Assembly: GCA_050309605.1 (NCBI GenBank)
Contig: JBNRMN010000033.1
Location: 32,001 to 96,000, forward strand
Length of the DNA stretch: 64,000 nucleotides
From: Anaerohalosphaeraceae bacterium
GTDB lineage: Bacteria > Planctomycetota > Phycisphaerae > Sedimentisphaerales > Anaerohalosphaeraceae
Reading direction: 5' to 3'
Shown: positions 58,759-64,000 of the stretch, piece after piece
How positions within the stretch are numbered: the first letter of the stretch is position 1
Layout of the letters: the number at the start of each line of letters is the position of its first letter
Made by a program: the position numbers and the translations under genes
Notes under the pieces: model-generated
Seen by the model: only the letters and a program-made list of their open reading frames with translations
The model's database searches: none
Told to the model about the DNA's origin: nothing

Positions 58759-60351
58759 TTATTCTTCATGTTCCGGCTCCAGTATATCTATCGGCCAGAA
58801 GACGATATCATCGCACTTGTTTTGCGGATCATAGCGTCCGGCGTCATCGACGGCATTGGCGCCGATACTGTACAGTATAAATCCTTTGTCGGTTGGACGA
58901 TAGGCAAAATCAGCCTCGCTGACCGGATCGAGCAATGTCGCCGGTGCAAGTTTGCCTTGCACTTGCGACAGATGCGCCGGCCAGCGGTTATGTTGCAGAA
59001 AAAATCGCCGCAGCTCGGCGCTGAGGGCGGTGACTCGGCTCAGTGCGATATGCCGTTTATACTGGCCGTCCAGTGCGATGTAATAACTCATCTGCTGTCG
59101 CGCCAGCCAATCGACCGCTCCGCCGGGGTTCAGCCCGAATCGCCAGGCGTATTGAACCGGCAGTACCGGCGCCGGTGTGCCGCGACGGGCCAGGTCAGAA
59201 AATCGGTCAAAACGCCGTTCAATCAGTCGGGCCGCACTGTCCGGCGAAAAGGGGATACTCAGCCACAGCATCAGGGCCGTGGTGCGTCCCACGATGTCCT
59301 GATGCAGCCCGGCCGGTATCGGATAACCCAGCCCCTGTCCGAGCGACACAATCGCGCTGCGATGAATTCGCGTTCGTCCGTTTTCGTCGATTTCATACAG
59401 CAGGGCAGCGATGTTTTTGGCGATGAGCTTTTCATGCTCGACCACACCTTCCCAAATGTCAGGCCAGTTCGGCTCAAGTTGCTCCATGGCCGCAAGCACT
59501 GTATTCAGATCGTTCGGGTCTTTGGCATAGTCGAGGATATACCGCCGCAGCGCGCGAGCGGCGCCGACCTCAACGGAAAACGCCGCGGCCTGATCAAACA
59601 GCGTCTGCTGCTGGTACAAGTGCCGAGCTATCCCGACAACCGTCAGCATTTTCTCCAGGGCGTCCTCGTGTCTGTCAGCCTGAAGGTCTCGGTTGGCCGA
59701 GCGAATCAACAGATTCCGCCAGCCTTTGAGCTGATTGAGTCGCCGCAATTGCGTTCGCACATCCAGCACATCCGAGGCCACCGGAAACCGGCACTGATCC
59801 ATTGCCGCTGCCTCGGCCAGCACCTCAAAGGCCGGCTCAAACACGCTGAGCCACTCGGCGACATAAGGAAATGCTTCTGCGCACCACGGCTCGGCAAGTG
59901 TTTGCCCCGCCACCTCATCGCTGAAGGGGCGAGGCTCGAAAATATCGTCATCGTATTCGGATAAAACCCGGCTGTATAAAATTGCCGCGTTGGGCGCTCC
60001 TTCGATGCGGCGCTGTTGCAGCAGGCGGGCAAAATCCGTATCAAACCGATAGGTTCGCCATCGCGCCGTATCCTGCTGCGGCAGATGCACCCACACGGCC
60101 AATCCGATGACGACGGCCGTCATCGCCGCCCAGCACCACGGCTGAACGCGGCGGGGAGCGAAGATGCCCACGACCGGAACCACCGCCAAACACGCCAGAA
60201 TCTTCCACGGCAGCGAAAAAAACAGTCCCGCCAAAAACAAAATAGAAAAGACCGCCACCGCCAGCCACCGCAGCCCCCACAACAGCCATTTCCAGGCATG
60301 ATAGACTGACTTGAGGAATTGTTTGGCTGTTTGCATGGTCATAGGAAACAC
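58759..60351 (-). CDS. Hypothetical membrane protein with GspG-like C-terminal motif
   Basis: N-terminal TMs; C-terminal WPAHL...DPVS...Y...FILYSIGANAVDD. Confidence 0.7.
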   Translation of the reverse strand: MFPMTMQTAKQFLKSVYHAWKWLLWGLRWLAVAVFSILFLAGLFFSLPWKILACLAVVPVVGIFAPRRVQPWCWAAMTAVVIGLAVWVHLPQQDTARWRTYRFDTDFARLLQQRRIEGAPNAAILYSRVLSEYDDDIFEPRPFSDEVAGQTLAEPWCAEAFPYVAEWLSVFEPAFEVLAEAAAMDQCRFPVASDVLDVRTQLRRLNQLKGWRNLLIRSANRDLQADRHEDALEKMLTVVGIARHLYQQQTLFDQAAAFSVEVGAARALRRYILDYAKDPNDLNTVLAAMEQLEPNWPDIWEGVVEHEKLIAKNIAALLYEIDENGRTRIHRSAIVSLGQGLGYPIPAGLHQDIVGRTTALMLWLSIPFSPDSAARLIERRFDRFSDLARRGTPAPVLPVQYAWRFGLNPGGAVDWLARQQMSYYIALDGQYKRHIALSRVTALSAELRRFFLQHNRWPAHLSQVQGKLAPATLLDPVSEADFAYRPTDKGFILYSIGANAVDDAGRYDPQNKCDDIVFWPIDILEPEHEE

Positions 60352-60373
60352 GGCGCTCCTGTCGATTGGGCTG

Positions 60374-60832
60374 TCATTCCATCCGAATCTTGACGACGAT
60401 TTTTTTGACGCGACAGGGAGTGTCCACTATCCGGCAGGGCATATGCGGCTCATGGGGCCAGAAGATCGCAAACAGCCCCGGCCTGAGCACCAGTCGGCTG
60501 TACTGCGGCGGCGACTGATAAAACGCAATGTCTTTCTGTTCGTCGTAAGGTTGTGCCTCAACCAGCCCGTCCAGCGGGGTATAGCCGATATACTCTGCCC
60601 CGCTGACAAGAGCCTGAATGTCCAGGTATTTGCGATGAATCTCAAGCCGCCCTTCGTTGACGGGTTGGGTCTCGTATTCATCCACCGCAAAAAAGATGTC
60701 ATCCCCCTGCACCGCATACCGCCCCGGCGGCGATTGCAGCACACGCTCTTCATTCAGCAGCGCCAGCCCAATCGCAATCCGCTCGCCCAATCCGCCGTAC
60801 AGCAACGCACTGTCAATTTGATCGAGTATCAT
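60374..60832 (-). CDS. YhcH/YjgK/YiaL family protein
   Basis: MILDQI, EIHRKYLDIQ, YDEQKDI, FAIFWPHEPH, VKKIVVKI. Start set at 60832. Confidence 0.9.
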   Translation of the reverse strand: MILDQIDSALLYGGLGERIAIGLALLNEERVLQSPPGRYAVQGDDIFFAVDEYETQPVNEGRLEIHRKYLDIQALVSGAEYIGYTPLDGLVEAQPYDEQKDIAFYQSPPQYSRLVLRPGLFAIFWPHEPHMPCRIVDTPCRVKKIVVKIRME

Positions 60833-60860
60833 ATGTTTCCCTATAGTGTCATTCCCGTGC

Positions 60861-60942
60861 CAATACTGTGCACGAATGACAGTACTGTGTACCCATAACA
60901 ATACCGTGTACCATAATACTGTGTAACACAATACTGTGTACC
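60861..60942. repeat. Five direct repeats of consensus CAATACTGTGTACC
   Basis: Units start at 60861, 60880, 60899, 60914 and 60929. Confidence 0.85.
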
Positions 60943-60975
60943 GACAACACAACCCAACGGCCATGACACAACGAA

Positions 60976-62556
60976 CTATAAATCCAGCTTGTCCCGCAAA
61001 AAGGATTTGACCTGATCGAGCGCGATACGGGATTGCTGCATACTGTCGCGTTCACGGACGGTCACGGTGTTGTCTTCTTTCGTCTGGCCGTCGATGGTTA
61101 GACAATAGGGCGTGCCGGCCTCGTCCTGACGGCGGTAGCGGCGGCCCACGGCGCCCTTTTCATCGTAGAAGCAATTAAAATGCGCCTTGAGGTCATTATA
61201 CAAATTCTTTGCGATGTCCGGCAGGCCGTCTTTTTTGACCAGCGGGAAGATGGCTGCCTTGATCGGCGCCAGATGCGGATGAAACCGCATCACGTTTCGC
61301 GTCTCGCCGTTGACTTCCTCTTCGTCGTAGGCATCGACCAAAAACGCCAGCGTGCTGCGATCGACACCGGCGGATGGTTCAATGACATACGGCACGTAGC
61401 GATCGCGCGTCTCTTCTTCGAAATACGACAGCGGACCTTTGAGGTAGTCCTCGGCCTCGTCTTTGAGCGTGATCTTGGTCAGGTCGCCTTTCTGTTCGAA
61501 CCAATCGTTCATCGTGCGTATGCCGCGCTGGTGCTGCCGCAGGTCGTAATCGGTGCGGTTGGCAATGCCTTCCAGCTCCTGCCAGTCGCCGGAGCCGAAG
61601 GGAAATTTATACTCCACATCCACGCACGCCTTGGCGTAGTGAGCCAGCTCATCCGGATCGTGGTCGCGGAATCGCAGGTTGTCTTTCTTGATACCCAGAT
61701 TCAGATACCAGTTGAACCGCTGCTGTTTCCAGTGGTCGTACCATTCTTCGTCGCTGCCCGGCTTGCAGAAAAACTCCAGCTCGGCCTGTTCAAACTCGCG
61801 CGTGCGGAAGATAAACGCCTTGGTCGTTACCTCGTTGCGGAAGGATTTGCCGATCTGGGCGATGCCGAATGGAATCTTGACGCGCGACGAATCGAGCACA
61901 TTGCGAAAGTTCACGAAAATGCCCTGCGCCGTTTCCGGCCTGAGAAACAGCGTCATTGTATCATCGACGTTGGCGCCCATCTGCGTCTCGAACATCAGTC
62001 GAAAGGCCATCGGCCTGGAAAACTGTCCCACCGCCCCGCAGGCCGGGCAGACTTTATTGGACAGGTTGTGTTCCTTGGCCGCTTCCACCTCGATATCGAC
62101 GTGTTCGGTGTCCTGTGCCTTTCGGCTGATGTCGTCGATTAATTCTCCTGTATCTATTAACCCTTGGCTCACAGATTGTTCAGGGAGAGGGTTGAGATGT
62201 TGTAGGACTTCTTTTGTGCGTTGTATAGTTACGTCGCTTTCGGCCAGATGATCGACGCGGGTGCGGGTGTTGCACTTTTTGCATACCGTCACCAGGTCGG
62301 CGAACTTGTCGGCGTGGCCGGAGGCCTTCCACACCATCGGGTGCATCAAAATCGCGCAATCCAGTCCCACTACGTCGTCGCGCATCTGCACGACCGCCTT
62401 CCACCACGCGGCTCGGACGTTGCGTTTCAGCTCCACGCCCAGCGGGCCGTAGTCATAACAGGCCGCCAGACCGCCGTAAATCTCGCTCGATTGAAAAATA
62501 AATCCCCGCCGCTTGCACAGCGACACAATATCATCCAGTCGGGTCAATTTCGCCAT
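60976..62556 (-). CDS. glyQS: Glycine--tRNA ligase (alpha2 type)
   Basis: CKRRGF, YDYGPLG, LRPETAQG, SFRNE, FRTREFEQ, ELEGIA, VIEPSAG, GRRYRRQDE. Confidence 0.96.
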   Translation of the reverse strand: MAKLTRLDDIVSLCKRRGFIFQSSEIYGGLAACYDYGPLGVELKRNVRAAWWKAVVQMRDDVVGLDCAILMHPMVWKASGHADKFADLVTVCKKCNTRTRVDHLAESDVTIQRTKEVLQHLNPLPEQSVSQGLIDTGELIDDISRKAQDTEHVDIEVEAAKEHNLSNKVCPACGAVGQFSRPMAFRLMFETQMGANVDDTMTLFLRPETAQGIFVNFRNVLDSSRVKIPFGIAQIGKSFRNEVTTKAFIFRTREFEQAELEFFCKPGSDEEWYDHWKQQRFNWYLNLGIKKDNLRFRDHDPDELAHYAKACVDVEYKFPFGSGDWQELEGIANRTDYDLRQHQRGIRTMNDWFEQKGDLTKITLKDEAEDYLKGPLSYFEEETRDRYVPYVIEPSAGVDRSTLAFLVDAYDEEEVNGETRNVMRFHPHLAPIKAAIFPLVKKDGLPDIAKNLYNDLKAHFNCFYDEKGAVGRRYRRQDEAGTPYCLTIDGQTKEDNTVTVRERDSMQQSRIALDQVKSFLRDKLDL

Positions 62557-62624
62557 AACCAATTTCCTGTGAACAAATAAGCATTAATAAGCGTCTGTTG
62601 TTTTTCACCTCATAAAAATACCAA

Positions 62625-63539
62625 TTAACGACGGCACAGCAGTTTTTTCAACAGGCCGCGCTGGAAGTGCAGTCGATTTTCGGCCTGATCGAAGATCACC
62701 GAGTTGGGCGATTCGGCCACGCCGTCGGAGATTTCATAACCGCGGTAGGCCGGCAAGCAGTGCATCACCCTGGCCTTGGGCGCATGGTGCATCAGGTTTT
62801 CATCGACGGCAAAGCCCGCAAAATCCCGCACCCGCTTTTCCTTTTCGGCTTCCTGTCCCATACTGACCCAGGTATCGGTATAAATCACATCGGCGCCCTT
62901 GACCGCGGCGGCGGGGTCGTGCGTCTGCTCGGCGCAGCCCGGCCAAATTCGATTGGCCGCGTCGATGGTCTCGGCGTCCAGCTCGTATCCGGGCGGCGAG
63001 GCAATGGCATAGGTCATCTTAAACCTGGCGCAGGCAAACGCCAGCGAACGGGCCACATTGTTGCCGTCGCCGACATAGGTCAGCTTCAGCCCTTCCAGTC
63101 GGCCCAGGTGCTCCTGAATCGTCATCATATCGGCCATTGCCTGGCAGGGATGCGACCAGTCGCTCAGGGCGTTGATCACCGGCACATGGGCCCAGCGATC
63201 CAGTTCAACCAGCGTCTCGTGCGAGAACGTGCGAGCCATAATCCCATCGACATAGCGGGCAAAGACCCGCGCCATATCCTTGGCCGGTTCGCGCTGACCA
63301 ATGACGCCGATGTCTTCGGGCTTCATATACATTGCCATGCCGCCCAGATCATACATCGCGACCTGAAAACTGACGCGCGTCCGCAGACTGGTCTTTTCAA
63401 ACAGCATGGCCAGCACCTTGCCGGCCAGACACAAATCGCGTCCGCCGTTTTTATACAGCTTCTTCAGATCGTGGCTGATCGTCAGCAGCTCATTCAATTG
63501 ATCGGTCGTGCAGTCATTGATGGTCAAAAAGCTTTTCAT
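62625..63539 (-). CDS. argF: Ornithine carbamoyltransferase
   Basis: SLRTR, HPCQ, GDGNNV, DTWVSMG, HCLP, AENR. Confidence 0.95.
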   Translation of the reverse strand: MKSFLTINDCTTDQLNELLTISHDLKKLYKNGGRDLCLAGKVLAMLFEKTSLRTRVSFQVAMYDLGGMAMYMKPEDIGVIGQREPAKDMARVFARYVDGIMARTFSHETLVELDRWAHVPVINALSDWSHPCQAMADMMTIQEHLGRLEGLKLTYVGDGNNVARSLAFACARFKMTYAIASPPGYELDAETIDAANRIWPGCAEQTHDPAAAVKGADVIYTDTWVSMGQEAEKEKRVRDFAGFAVDENLMHHAPKARVMHCLPAYRGYEISDGVAESPNSVIFDQAENRLHFQRGLLKKLLCRR

Positions 63540-64000
63540 ATCTGATCTCCTCGGCCGAGCACCTCGTCAAGAATCGCCGTCGCCTGATCAATCTCCTCGG
63601 TCGTTACGATCATCGAGGGCATAAACCGCAGTACGTTTTCCTGTGTGCAATTGATGCGCAGGCCTTTGTCAAGGCAGGCACTGACGATTTCGGCGCCGGG
63701 TGTGGTCAACTGGAGGCCGATCATCAGCCCCTTGCCGCGAATGTGGTCAATGACGGGATATTTGTCTTTGAGCGCCTCGAGTTTGTGCCGGGTGTAATCG
63801 CCCGCCTTGACGGCGTTGTCGAGCAAATTCGCTTCCTCGATGGCTTCGATGACGGCGATGGCCGCTGCGCACGCCAGCGGGTTGCCGCCGAACGTGGAGG
63901 CGTGCGTGCCGGGGGTCAGCGAAGCGGCGATCTGCGGCCGGGCCATCATCGCGCCGATCGCAACCCCGCCGCCGAGGGCTTTGGCCATGGTGATGATGTC
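63536..64000 (-). CDS. argD: Acetylornithine aminotransferase, 5'-truncated by the window edge
   Basis: DIITMAKALGGG, HASTFGGNPL, IRGKGLM, VLRF; overlaps the argF start. Confidence 0.88.
   Translation of the reverse strand, partial: DIITMAKALGGGVAIGAMMARPQIAASLTPGTHASTFGGNPLACAAAIAVIEAIEEANLLDNAVKAGDYTRHKLEALKDKYPVIDHIRGKGLMIGLQLTTPGAEIVSACLDKGLRINCTQENVLRFMPSMIVTTEEIDQATAILDEVLGRGDQI

Noticed and set aside
60833..60964. CRISPR array, or an N-terminal extension of the YhcH-like protein
   Set aside because: The repeats are 14 nt with 1-5 nt gaps, there are no spacers or cas genes, and the YTVL repeats in the ORF track are just the translated DNA repeat.

Overview
This is a GC-rich bacterial chromosomal window, mostly housekeeping and carbohydrate genes. 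The gene content (PQQ-type beta-propeller, Ser/Thr kinase, secreted GH127/GH51/heparinase-like enzymes, Rnf, alpha2-type GlyRS) suggests an anaerobic Planctomycetota (Phycisphaerae-like) organism; that taxonomy is inference. In order it holds a TetR-kamA-GNAT/deacetylase operon (cut by the left edge), trxB, an AT-rich nuclease islet after guaB, LPS heptose genes, a complete rnfCDGEAB operon, treZY, leuACDB, eno, cmk-plsC, glyQS, argF and argD (cut by the right edge). I found no rRNA, tRNA, CRISPR, transposase, integrase or reverse transcriptase. The most striking signal is in the leu operon. All three internal junctions carry an AT-rich four-helix-bundle gene (TIGR02436, 23S-IVP/Avd-like), each enclosed by imperfect inverted repeats built from 7-nt units. 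Gene-less copies of the same repeat types sit in the rnf operon and elsewhere, which suggests an uncharacterised RNA-structure-based or mobile cassette system that targets housekeeping operon junctions. Other points of interest are the acetylase-deacetylase fusion next to KamA, a ~170-bp terminal-inverted-repeat element in two copies, an AT-rich in-frame insert in glyQS, a 14-mer direct-repeat array and an FtsB-like gene after eno. All alignments and counts were done by hand; no database searches were run.
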